Part shown: positions 37,988-49,907 of the stretch, in pieces
How positions within the stretch are numbered: position 1 is the stretch's first letter
Layout: the number at the start of each line of letters is the position of its first letter
Assembly: GCA_002633005.1 (NCBI GenBank)
Contig: NMRA01000081.1
Span: 687,799-751,798 of the forward strand
Source of the DNA: Phoronis australis
Taxonomy: Eukaryota > Animalia > Phoronida
Reading direction: 5' to 3'
Length of the DNA stretch: 64,000 nucleotides
Made by a program: the position numbers and the translations under genes
The notes under the pieces: generated by a model
What the model saw: only the letters and a program-made list of their open reading frames with translations
Told to the model about the DNA's origin: nothing
Databases searched by the model: none

Positions 37988-40231
37988 AACGGCCCATCAT
38001 AGCTTACGGTGTCACGCGTCCGTGCAACAGCCCAAAAGGTTATTGTAACATGATGGTTATCGCGCAGGAAAGAAACAGAGTCGGCGAAGAATTACGTGGA
38101 ATTTCGCATTTATGCGTATGTAGGCCAAGTGCGCCTACATCCTAAATATTGCATTTTCTCGAAGATTTTTAGACTTACATTACAATTAACTTCCGTTTAT
38201 ACGTTATGTATTACAGACGGTGCTGGTTTTCAGAGGCCTGATATTAATCTGTCTTTTGTTAATCGCCAGGCTCAGTCTTTTGTCCGATGTCACGACGCAA
38301 ACGTCAATTATTTACCACGCTGAATGTAAACACGCATCAACTCAAAAATACACATTACGGGTTTTACTGCCAAAAAGTCTTTGTTGATGATGATTTCTGG
38401 ATGGTATAGATTTCGTGAAGTTACTAGCGTTGGTCAGAGCTATAAAACAACAAAATCTGTTGTGTTTTTGTGATTTTATTGCATACTGTAAATTCTCGCC
38501 ATCTGCCAGACATTCGTTGAAATTGAGGCTGATGTCTTAATCAGTTAAAAGACGCTCAAAATCCTCTGCTGTTTGTTGAGTGGGATTTAGGTCCGCCAAT
38601 AGTGAGAGTGTTTGACTGACTGTGGGTGTTGCAGGTTCGATACCGCCGCACAGTGATCTCAGAAGATTTCTTTTCTCGCGGGTTGTCCCTTTAGTTCAAA
38701 CAAGCTTGTCGATGCTGCTGGAAAAGCCTACACAGACTTGATTATAAACTGAAAGATCGCTTATTTCTTTGCGTTCTAACACACAGGGACTGTTTGATAG
38801 AACGAATATTGCTGGGTATTAAAGAACATTTTGGAAAGAGATATGAATAGATGGCCGCAATCCGTCGCTAACACCGTTTTCGATTCCTTCACATTTCTCA
38901 CTAAGAATTCATAGTGCCGTCGAAGTCCGAAAGGAGGCTGTCCCGTCAATAATCATTTCTTTCTCACTATCGTCGTATAACATTCACTGTTATTTGCGAT
39001 CAAGATATGTGTTAATAATTCCATGGGTGGTGTCTCATTTGAGCCGTTGTTCTGGCAAAAATAACCGTTTCCACCCGTCTCTAGTCCGTCTAGGTTTTAC
39101 GGCGGACTCAAACCTTGTGTTAACTACCATGGTGTGACAGGGGTCTTTAGAACTGTATGGTGATGATACGAATTCATCGACAGCTGTCGAAAACATGATA
39201 ATCAATTGTGATGACATAACAATAGCCATTAAAATGCATTTACAAAACACAACTGAAAGGATTGGCACTTCGTTATGTTTTTATGCCGGCACTTTAGGCA
39301 CAGTATCCTTTTTAGTTGATTGTATCATCATAACATGCCCGTCTGTCGCTGCAGATGCAGTCAAGTTTCCATAGGAACTCCGACAATGCCGCAGCTTCCG
39401 TTTGTGCCCCGCATCCCGTATCATACTAGGATAAAATCTTCAGCTGCGTGATAATTTACTCATCAGTTGAAAGCAATGCACGTTTTTATGTAGTACGTGG
39501 GGACCTTGGCTCTGGCCCACATACATGTATATCTAATGCATACAACTATTACTCTCATGCTATAAGTCAAGGTCTATTGTTTTCTGTTACTCAGGAGGAT
39601 TGGTAGAGTTGACTGGTACAATCCACAGGTAGGGTAAAATGTACCTTCGTGCTTGTATCCCAGAGCTGTATATGAGATTTTGTGAGTCTTTTAATAAGAT
39701 AACAGTTTGCATCTGTGTTACTATTTATAGAATTCATCTATCGTGTAATATTTCAATGTGGAATCAGACGTCTCTTCGGTTCCAGGCATTCATTTCAAGA
39801 CACGTCATGCATTATGGAAACGTTAGAACGATAAACAGAGACAGGTAGCAGGTGAAATTAACTTTGGCGTAACAAACAGCAGGGTTTACTATGAACCAAC
39901 ACTTGCTTTTTAGGCACAACCCCTCCTGTGCAAACACCTACCTAAAAAGCATAGCGCTCAGTTTTCATATCTTTGGCCAGGGTCCTGTGATTCACGAGCT
40001 ATGTCGACGTCACAGGTTCATGTTATAAAGGCCCAGTGTTCCCGTTTCGAACTCGAATATTTATTTAAGAGCGGTACCCTGTCTAATGTCACAGATGGGC
40101 CCTATCTTTTCGCCATTTCTTAGCATTTGTTCAGAGTCAATGTTTCCAATTAATGCCGGAGTCAAGACGAAAATCCTGAAATTGTGTGATCACATATCCA
40201 TCATAAAGCGTGCGTTGATTATGTTTTGCAG

Positions 40232-43200
40232 ACGGCGAGATCATACAGTGCTCTGTTCTGCTGACAAGAAGTGACTACCTGTCGAACTTTGATTCTGGAC
40301 AATCCCGCTGCATTGAAAAAACTGATGACATGAACGGCGTGGCCAATAACAACCAGAGACAGGAATCTGTGGCGATTTTCACCCACGGATGTTTTAACGC
40401 TGAAAGGGATGTGGAAAAAGCAACCCGCGATAGAGAGACACCGAATGTATTAACTTCCGTTTTAACTGCATGTGAGCCAAAGGAAGATGTGCAAGTTCCT
40501 TCAACCCCGTGCCCCACAGACGAGGGATATGACGACACGGAAGTACCAGAGTCGGATATGCTCTTTCTACCTATGGTTAATTCTATCGCTGTTGTTGCGA
40601 ACAGCAAAGCTCCGATATTTGAACACGATAAAACTGAGCAAGGTTCTCACTCGATGGGTGATTTTACATTTGACAGAATAATCGAACAAAATTCGCCCTT
40701 GGCAAGGAAACAGGGAGACATTCAATGCCCCAAAAGAGACCCGTTGGTAGGCAAGGCCCAAACAAGAAACATGGAAGGTAATCCTAATGAAAACGTGCAT
40801 CAGAAAATAGAAAATGCAGACGCCAGTATTACAAGCCAAAAGTCACTCGCTCTTCTTGCATTGGATCTGATAAACAGCCGAGACGAATCTCAAGCTTCAA
40901 AAAGTGACCCTCCGAAATTGTTACCTTCGAGCGCCAAGGCTAGCGTTGATAACCATAAATCCAAAGGAACACCAGTTGTAACCATAACATTGTCAGATAC
41001 CGAAGCTTGTGAGGACAACGAAAGGAATTCAGACTTACCTGGTCTCGCGACATCAGCAGAGACTTGCACAGACCATGAAGAATATATCGATTCGGCTGCA
41101 GCATCTACTAATTTGGAAGGTCCCGTTGATCTCTCAAAAGTGGACAAGATTGCTGTGGACTTAAGTGTTAGCACTGATGTGACCACCCCAACGACGTTCG
41201 CATCCGCTGGAGTAGAACAGTCAAGATGTTATAACCCGAAGCTTGTTTGTCCAAACACACAGAGAAACATCACAGTTCATACCCAAAAACAGTTCCATGT
41301 TAGTAATTCGCCCATAGGTGCCGTTAAAAAACAATCTACAGTCCATGCTTCGCAGATAGCCTACCAACCGAAAACTAGCATTTTCAATGGGTCACAGACA
41401 ACATCTGGTTCTTATATGCAACAGCCTGTACGAGATGGCCAGGCATCTATGTCCCCTTTGCCTTTTTCTAATGCCTTTAATCGTGCCATCAAAAGGGGAC
41501 CAAGCATGGGAAATTACAACATGGAGTTACAGAGCAAAATGCCTCGTAGGGAAACCATCCCGCTCCGAGCGACACAACTTCCAGTCAATCATCGTGTAAA
41601 CAATGGTTTTATTTTAGGCTCTTCAAAGCAATTGTCACGTTTTCCTTGGGGTGTGCTTGGCGCAAAAAGAGACATGAGTGCACTGCATGACGAGTTTCAA
41701 AAAACGTATGCTGAACTCATGGTGGAAAATGACATGCCGAGGAATTTAAAGAAGGAGAGGTTGCATTTCAACAATAGTTCCTATCATAAAGGTATTGCTA
41801 TGAGTGGACGCGCCATGGCATCTCATAAAGAAATGGTGTGGATCAAACCGCAACTCAACAACGGACACTGCGAGCGAAACAACAATACGAACATTAATTA
41901 CAGATCTCCAGGTAGCGTCTTCTCGAGGACACGACCTGATAGCCAGACCGGTCAGAAAACCATAGACCGAGGACTTCCTCAATCATGTAATCATGCAATT
42001 CAGAGTATTGATGAATTGGTTTATGGGAAAAGGAACAACTTTACCCATGACGTAAATGCATCTTGCAGTGCAGATCAAACAAAACATCCACCAAAAGAAA
42101 CGTTTCTGTCTTACGGACCACAGGCAAGTGCTGATCATATGCATGGTCTTAATGGCACAATTGTCTGTGAGAATGAAATGGAAATGCCCTCTGTTGCTGA
42201 AACACCTTCCTCGCAGGAAGTGCAAGGGGAACCACCAAAACCTCCACCGGCTCACTCCAACGCTGTTCGTTATCGTACTTGGATTCCTCAAGTTGGTGAA
42301 AATCTCTCATTCAAGAGTTCACAGCCCGCGTCTGCAATGATGCCCTGTTCAAGCATTCGACCAAAGCACTCTGTAACAACCACTGGCAAACCTGACTCGT
42401 ATAAAAATTCGCGCCCGGAAAATATGTCTATGTCTCGTCCTACCTTTATGCATATGAACAAACCTCGTCCTATTTATCCCAACGCTCATTTTCCTAAGAG
42501 AAACGAATCTTCCTGGTCAGTGACACCAGTCGGTCCGCCGCCTACGCTTTACAATCAAGCATACTTTCAGAAGACGCCAGGCGTGAATAGAAATAGCATT
42601 GCAGATTACGAGAGAATATACGAAGAAACTCTGTTTGGAGTTCCAGATCAGCCCAAACGGAACTATCACCAGATGAACTTGGATAATATTTCTCAACATG
42701 AGAGTGGCTTCAAAAGCCTTCACCCTCCTCCACCATACGAGCACGCTATAATGGCCGACAAACGAGAAGCTGAAATGCCACCACCGAATTTAATACCTGT
42801 GGGATACAATAAGCAGAAACCCAATCTTAACCAGTCGAGAGAACACCTCAAGAACATGACAATGCAGTCGGTTGGAATGCTATCCCTGCCTAACTCCTTT
42901 AATAGATGTTCTGCCAACCCTTACACGCAAGCATATCACGACTGTTTACCAAAGGTGATGCCTGGGACTGTGAAACCTGATCAGTACTCTTCAGTAAACC
43001 CCGAGATGTCAACCCCTTCTCAGTTTGTCCCACAGAATCAGAGATTCGAAAAACCCAACGCTTACACCTCACACCAACGAATGATTCGTCATTCGCAAAG
43101 AGGAATGAGCAATATGGGACAAGGTGTACGGAATAACATGTATCCAATACAACCGAGAATGTCCCAGATGCCTCAGGTAGCACGGCCAACAGCTCAGTGG

Positions 43201-43263
43201 CCACATCAAGTGAAGCAAGTGCACAAGGAAAATACGGTGGCAAGATTTCCCGTTCCAAATCAG
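40232..43263 (+). CDS. zf-MYND gene, 3032-nt coding exon 4; Ser/Pro/Asn/Gln/Met-rich, probably disordered, with PVDLS, AVDLS and PPPPY motifs
   Basis: Overlaps the 989-aa ORF 40330..43299; the frame stays open upstream to acceptor atgttttgcag| at 40231. Donor CAG|gtaata at 43264, phase 0. Confidence 0.9.
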
Positions 43264-43683
43264 GTAATACTTGGTATCCAATTCAGTTCCATCCACTGAC
43301 GTAGTCAGGAGTATTCAACGAGGGGTTGAAATTGTTGGCGACAGGGGGGGCGGGGGGAGACAGCCTGGGGTCACTTTGCAATGAACAGGGGTGCGGAGTA
43401 AACGTAATGTTAAAAAGAGTTTCTACATGGGGAGGGACTTTTTACAATCAGAAAGGGACCCACCTCGTTTTGCACCCCCGCTCCCGGCCGTGGCTACGCC
43501 TGTCAGGGTTCCCTCATTACACGTATGGAACGAGAACATGCACGAGATGGTAACACAGAAGTACGCGTTTTAAATTGAGTGGCTGAGGGTTTTGAACGAT
43601 CCCATTACAAACACAGTATATACAGTTGTGCTCACGCTTATTTGTCGCACTCTGTAATGTAAGCGCAACCACCTGCGCGATGA

Positions 43684-44072
43684 AGCGCCAAAGGGTTCTT
43701 AAACGAGTAGCTTTCTGAGTCAGGCTACGGGGGTAACTTGTTGTTGGGCTGTAGAATCGAACAAGTTGGGAGCAACGGGATGTCGCCGTCATGTTACTCA
43801 ACGCGTCGTATCTCTTAATCAGTTCATATTCTCCAATCACGTCCTTGGTCAAATCTCAAAAGTAGTGGAAGACTTTCAACATGCGCGCAAGGCCAGTTTC
43901 GAAGATTGACTCCACCACGGCCATTTTTCGTCTGCGCAGCCTCCTCGCAGCGCTATACACTGACTGTAAGCTCAACGAATAACAAACTCAGTGCGTTGAA
44001 TAAGTAATACTACGCGTTGATTAAGAACATTCAACGTGCAGAAAGGAACGCGTTTAAGAACCCCTTGGCGCT
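43684..44072. mobile_element. MITE-like inverted repeat in zf-MYND intron 4
   Basis: agcgccaaagggttcttaaacgagt versus acgcgtttaagaaccccttggcgct. Confidence 0.7.
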
Positions 44073-44411
44073 TCTTGCTTGACATCCGGAACGAGGCCAC
44101 GATGGTATATCATCTACAGGCTCCCAGAGGTAGGAGCAGGCCAGCACTGTATCCGTGGTGCGGTCAATAACAGAAATTACTGGCGAGTGAAAGAACCACT
44201 CCGACTATTGCATGGTTTCGCCAACCTCGCTAGAAACCCGCCATCGATTTGAATCAGTGCTCCTCAGTTGTGCGGGAGTAGTGGAAACGCCATTACTCAA
44301 CCCATGATCAACTTAACTACGACTTCCCAACTTGATTACTACTGCTCATTACAGGAACATTAGCAGGTCATCATATGACCACTAACTAAAATCACAACGT
44401 GTGTTTTTCAG

Positions 44412-44558
44412 CATTTGCAAGGACCTTTAACAGCAGGTCAAGCAAGTCTACGACACTGCAATGATGTACAGTCGCGCAGATGCGCCGTGTGCCCCGGGCC
44501 AGCAGAATTTCTTTGTGGTAGATGTCAAAACATCTGGTACTGTACAAAACATTGTCAG
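44412..44558 (+). CDS. zf-MYND gene, coding exon 5, N-terminal part of MYND zinc finger (...RCAVCPGPAEFLCGRCQNIWYCTKHCQ)
   Basis: Acceptor gtgtttttcag|, donor CAG|gtaagt. 147 nt, phase 0-0. CxxC-x7-CxxC-x4-YC-x3-CQ matches the zf-MYND consensus. Confidence 0.9.
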
Positions 44559-44902
44559 GTAAGTTATTGAATAATACTTACCCCTGCCTTACATCACTAA
44601 TTTTTTGAGTCACGTGCTTCCGCCTAAAATTATGCTTTATATATTTTGAACGAAGCATCCGGTAAATATTCCGTATGTTGGAGGTCAAAATATACCTCGA
44701 TGCATGCAGGCAAGATACTGAGGCCGATGGACACCTTTGTTAAACCAGCTTCTTGAATGTTTTGGTATTTACGAGCGTATCCGAATGAACTTGCTGGCTT
44801 CTCTAAAGGTTTCAAGTGTTGTTGCAAAGGTAAAATATGCTCATTTCTGAAGTGTGCTTTTCTCAGCGTGAATTGATTAGACATTGTAAAAACTGATTTT
44901 AG

Positions 44903-44947
44903 ACGGAAGACTGGAGGTTACGTCACCGGCTAGTTTGTTCAGTCTAA
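44903..44947 (+). CDS. zf-MYND gene, terminal coding exon completing the finger (TEDWRLRHRLVCSV*)
   Basis: Acceptor actgattttag| at 44902, phase 0. Supplies the conserved DW...HxxxC of MYND. TAA at 44945-44947, followed by an AT-rich 3' region with AATAAA near 45373. Confidence 0.85.
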   Translation, partial: TEDWRLRHRLVCSV

Positions 44948-46367
44948 GCAGACGGACAGGTTGACGAAGCGACGATATATCGATGGATTTGAAAGGAACC
45001 AGTGCACTTGGGCATTTTCGTCGAATCGGACTCAAGAAACGCACATAACATTCACAATTCGAAAACGTATTTGTTCGTACATCAACTTCCGACGTCAGGC
45101 CAAAGCAATGGAACTTCAAGGAATACCACATGAGCAATTGCAGTGATTCAGTTATAGTGTATATTATTTAACATTCCATTCTTAAAAGAACATTCACGAA
45201 GAATTATAATTAGGAATATAATTCAAATAATTCCATTGTATTTTATCTACTTTTGATGTTATTGTGTATTTCAACTTTTAATATTTTGTTGTTGGTAGTC
45301 AATTTTGTTGTTAAGGGTTTCTAATTTTAATTGTAACTTTTGTACATTTTTCCTTCAAGAAGAGAAGAAAATAATAAAACATGTGAATTAAAATGCATTT
45401 TTTTAGTTACTGTACAAACTGAGCACATTAATTAATCCAGTATCACGTGTGCCTTCTGCTTTTACCAACAGAATTTCAAAAGTTGTCTCATTGGTCAATT
45501 TTCTGCTTAGAAATGAATGCTCTGTTAAAGCAATTCCAAGTTGGGTAATTTGGGTCTCACGTCAATGACGGACCGCACAGAATCGGAGGCCGTTTCGCAA
45601 AAATCACATTAGATACGGTCTCTACTATTAAAAATATGGATTTTCGTGATTCATAAATAACTTAATAACGACAATCGTGGTTTGTCGACTAGACTATGCA
45701 TCACCTGTTTTCCTAAGCTGCATGCTGCAAATAACTTTGAGTTAGTCTCCAATAGCACACAACAAAATCTCGTTCACAAGAAGTTCGACGTATGCGAGCG
45801 AACGGGGTTTTCATCTGAAATCGGGCTTTTAACAAAGCATTTCTCCTGGGTGTGGTCACGAATTATTTCACAAAAAGGGGTTGAGTAAAACTGAATGGAC
45901 CAGGGTTTACGTTATCATCATTTTGAGGGAAATGTTTCACCCACACGTGTCTCGAATATGCACGCCCAAACGGTAAGTATAAAACACACTTACGGCCTGA
46001 ACACGTGTTTGCGACGGGTATCCACGCATTATTCTATTGTCTCCTATTTTTAGGAAGTTAATTGGCTTGGATGATAACAACACCGAGCAAATAACATGAT
46101 TTTGCTTAGCATAGACTAATTACATTCACTTGGCTAACAATCAGTGAATGTCTTCCACTTAGCACAATAAACTTGGTAATTTTCGCAATTTTCCAAGGAC
46201 AGAATTCTGTTTGGCATAAACACATCCTGTACTAATCCAGTGTTTTATTCACAGTGAGTTAGCTGGTAACAAGGCCACCTAATAAAAACTGTTATAAAAA
46301 TCCAAACCATGATAGATTATTTGTGACATAATTTAACTTACAGTAAGTAGGACTCATAAACAGTGAA

Positions 46368-46530
46368 TTGTTTGCAAGTAACAAACACTGATTGCAAGTG
46401 AAAAACAATGTTTGGAAGTAACAAACACTGCAAGTAACAAACATTGATTGCAAGTGACAAACATTGTTTGCAAGTGACAAACATTGTTTGCAAGTGACAA
46501 GCATTGTTTGCAAGTGATAAACATTGTTTT
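46368..46530 (+). repeat. 20-bp minisatellite (TTGTTTGCAAGTGACAAACA), about 8 units
   Basis: Directly visible. Explains the repetitive ORFs in all three minus frames. Confidence 0.9.
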
Positions 46531-48275
46531 CCACTCTTCCCAGTGGTAGTATAAGTTGTCAGAGCTACTTCCTTCATACACGACTTTGATTTTGATTTTT
46601 GTAATTAATCATTAGTTTTTCATAAATTTGCATGAACTGTCTCTCATCTAGAGTCTGACATTGCAAGAGTTCTCACAATGACACGATAAAGCAATGATAT
46701 ATTTTACTGGAACACAATTACACAGTACTTTGGTCAACCTAAACCATCTACAGTGTGAGTAATACTCCTACCAAATTTGAGCAACAGAAAGCAATGAAAC
46801 ACAGAGGACATGAGCGCAACAGGGATATCAAAGGTCAAGTTTCACCATGACAAGGCAAGACAAATAACCACAATCAATTCTCCTTAGTCCCAGTACGACT
46901 AGGCTAAAGCTTGATTCAGGATCACATATTCAAATGTTAAGCAAAGTATAAAGGGCATGAGAAAATCAAGGTTCCTGGAAAAACTTTCAACAGCATCATC
47001 CTTGGAAAAACGAGTAATGTCTATCCCACATTGCTGTTTTCAGATCCTGCAGGTACAAACTGGCTTGCAGGAGATCCTGCAGACTGAACTACAATAAGTA
47101 TAAAATCTGCAGATTGGGCCAAAATTTAAATGACAATGACAATAATGATACAAAATATGAAAACAATAAAGGTCAACTTTGCTGGTCAAATCGCAAACTG
47201 ACAAAATAAGAGTACAACAAGAAACTCATTTTCTGAGTATTCTCAAAAACATTGTACCATCGGATACACATCAAGACTTTCTACTGACAGATTTTCCACC
47301 ATCGCATCTAGATTTTGCAAATATTCATAGCCCAAACACAGCACAACAGCTCTCCTGTATAGGTAGATACCTATGTGTCAAATAATCACTGTTGCTATCT
47401 GGTTTTCAGGTAAAAATAGAAAACAATCATCAACGAGAGATAAAGCGTTGCGCATATCTTGTTCCAATTTTCACAAACATGATTCAAGTAAGGTCTTTGA
47501 AAACCATTGTTTTTGTTCATCTTTTCTGGTGTAACCCTTTGTTTTAGTTCTTCTACAGAACAAGTTAGAAATCTTGCTTACAAACAATGCACAGAATGCC
47601 GTCTACTGATTACCTAAACAAGAACTTTCACCGCTCATAACACAATTTACCACAGACATGAAAATGCTTCAGTTTGGACCACAACATGGCAGACAAGTTC
47701 AATTACTTATTAAAAAATGTTTAACAAAAATAACTTTCCAGGAAATTTTACTTTGGGTTTAATGTGGTGTGTATGAAGGAGCTGTCACCAAGCATTTGGA
47801 GCAATTTTCAAGGTTTTGCAGCAGATGTGGTGAGTCTCATAAAATTGAAATATGGCAGATTCACAAATTGTTTCTGTACCCAAGTTGATGATTTTTTTGG
47901 TATTCCATTGTGAAATTACCAATTTTAACTTTACCTAATTAGTGCTGTGTGTGACTTTAGATGATGAAACATAAATCTTCTGTTACAACCTCAGTGCCTC
48001 TGTCATCTCTTGTGTAACAAATGAGTAAAATTACCCAGCATTCTTAACCACAACTAGTATAATAAAGTCAGTGCCGTGAATGAGATATATGGTGACACAA
48101 GACGGCACAAAACTTTTGATAATCTGACCTCCTTAATAACGAAGTTCTTCATAAATGGATTTTACTATATCTCGAAAAGTGAAGCCTTTGATTGGCGTGT
48201 TTGCAAAGTTACAATTTGGGCCTTTATCCATCCTAGAGCTCCTCAAGGTAGACAAGATAGCACAACAGTTTGTGT

Positions 48276-48389
48276 CTACTCCACAGACCATACTTCTTCA
48301 AAAGCTGAACACACCTTGGCACAGGTGAGAGCCGCCGATAATGGATAGTTACTGATGGAACACAAGTCCTCTGTGTAGTCCACATCAAC
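48276..48389 (-). CDS. EMG1: EMG1/NEP1 rRNA small subunit methyltransferase, last coding exon (VDVDYTEDLCSISNYPLSAALTCAKVCSAFEEVWSVE*)
   Basis: Contains the Nep1 signature SISNYPLSAALTCAK. Acceptor cag| adjacent to 48389, TAG at 48276-48278. 114 nt, phase 0. Confidence 0.95.
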   Translation of the reverse strand, partial: VDVDYTEDLCSISNYPLSAALTCAKVCSAFEEVWSVE

Positions 48390-49907
48390 CTGTCATACAG
48401 AATAAAACGACAACGTATTAAGTAAGAGGCGCTCACATTAGAATAACGCAATATACTTGATAGAGTCTGGACAGGTTAGGCGAAAATAAAAATAGGGTAT
48501 AAAATACATTCAGTACAAACGTGTACATTCACCAGCCTTTCAGAATGTATACAGGTTTTCACCACTTAAGCAAAAAGTTTGAAAGCATTAAGTTATTTTA
48601 GGTGTTTTATACTGCTGAAGAACACAGACTAAATAAGTGTCATGAAATACATTTGAGCGCTGATTTAGGTTTGTGAACAGGGGGTTCAACAGTGGGCAAT
48701 CACAGCACATAAAAGTGCCCCAGAAGTAGATACTGTTATAAAATCAGTCTCATCTTCTTTCATAAACGGACAAGAAATGATTTCTATACTTGCAGGGATA
48801 TTTTTAGGGTCATGACCTTCGTCACTGATGCAAAAAAGAAAGTCATTGACGCATTGTGTTTGCTCACCTCCCGTCAATTTTACTGGCACATTAAGATTAA
48901 TAACGTACCAATTGCAAAACATCCAATGAAAACAAATGGCCAAAACAAATTCAATGTAAGCAAGGGGGACCTAACATACTTTGAAAATAAAGACTCAATT
49001 TGTGGGTACATATGATTACAGGTTGTATCTAGAACAATCACTAGGCCCAAAAAGAAATCACGGCCCGTTAAGTTGAGTGTCAGGACAGATGTTGGTTTCA
49101 GTGACCAGGGTAGAATGGCCATCTGGGGAATTTAGACAATTTACTATAACTAACATCAGTTCAAGACAAGAATATTCTTAACAGTGTTAAATCTTAGAAA
49201 TAAAATAATCCCCTGAATTAATTGATGTATTTTTAGGAGTATACGTGTCATCAATGTACTGTGATTGCTTAACTCAGCCCAACTGACCCAATGAAATTGT
49301 GCTGGGAATCGTGCGTTTTTCTTCTTACCAATGGAATTATATGCAGCATTCAGATACTAACACAAATGGAAAGCAGGCCAGCACATCAGAAGATTGTAAA
49401 ATGATTGAGAACACAGTTAACTCAACCTCAGCGATGGGGGAGTCAACTAAATAGCTCGGTAGATGGGGGTGTTACCTTAACTGACCAGTGGATGGGGGGG
49501 GGGAACTAGTGGACGGGGAGGGGTCTACCACACACGCCCAGTATATAGGGGGTCTATTAAAGCATCCCACTAGAAAGGTAAAATTATTGAAGGAGTAAAT
49601 GAGAATTTAAATATTGACTGAAATGAAATACTGTTTACGTGTAAACTTACAGACTAACCAACATAACGTAGATGATGAAATCACGCATTTGAAAGGTGCC
49701 ACCCCAAAAATTGCAATCAAAAAGGGCAAGTAATAAGGACACGTTGGTCATTTGAACCATTGGTGAATTTTCCTAACATTATTCTTGATTAAGGGATCAC
49801 CTGAAATACTGTCCACACACTGACTTACCCTAGAACAAGTAATTCCTGGAACGAGTTGTTGGTAGGCTAGAGTGCTGAGAGGACGTTATTTAAACTAGCA
49901 CAACTTA

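Noticed and set aside
46054-46074. Alternative last MYND exon EVNWLG* after a good pyrimidine tract (TGA-TAA briefly considered as selenocysteine)
   Set aside because: Lacks the HxxxC ligands, whereas 44903-44947 supplies them. No SECIS element was recognised.
46292-46581. Three overlapping Cys-rich repetitive ORFs
   Set aside because: Translations of the 20-bp minisatellite.
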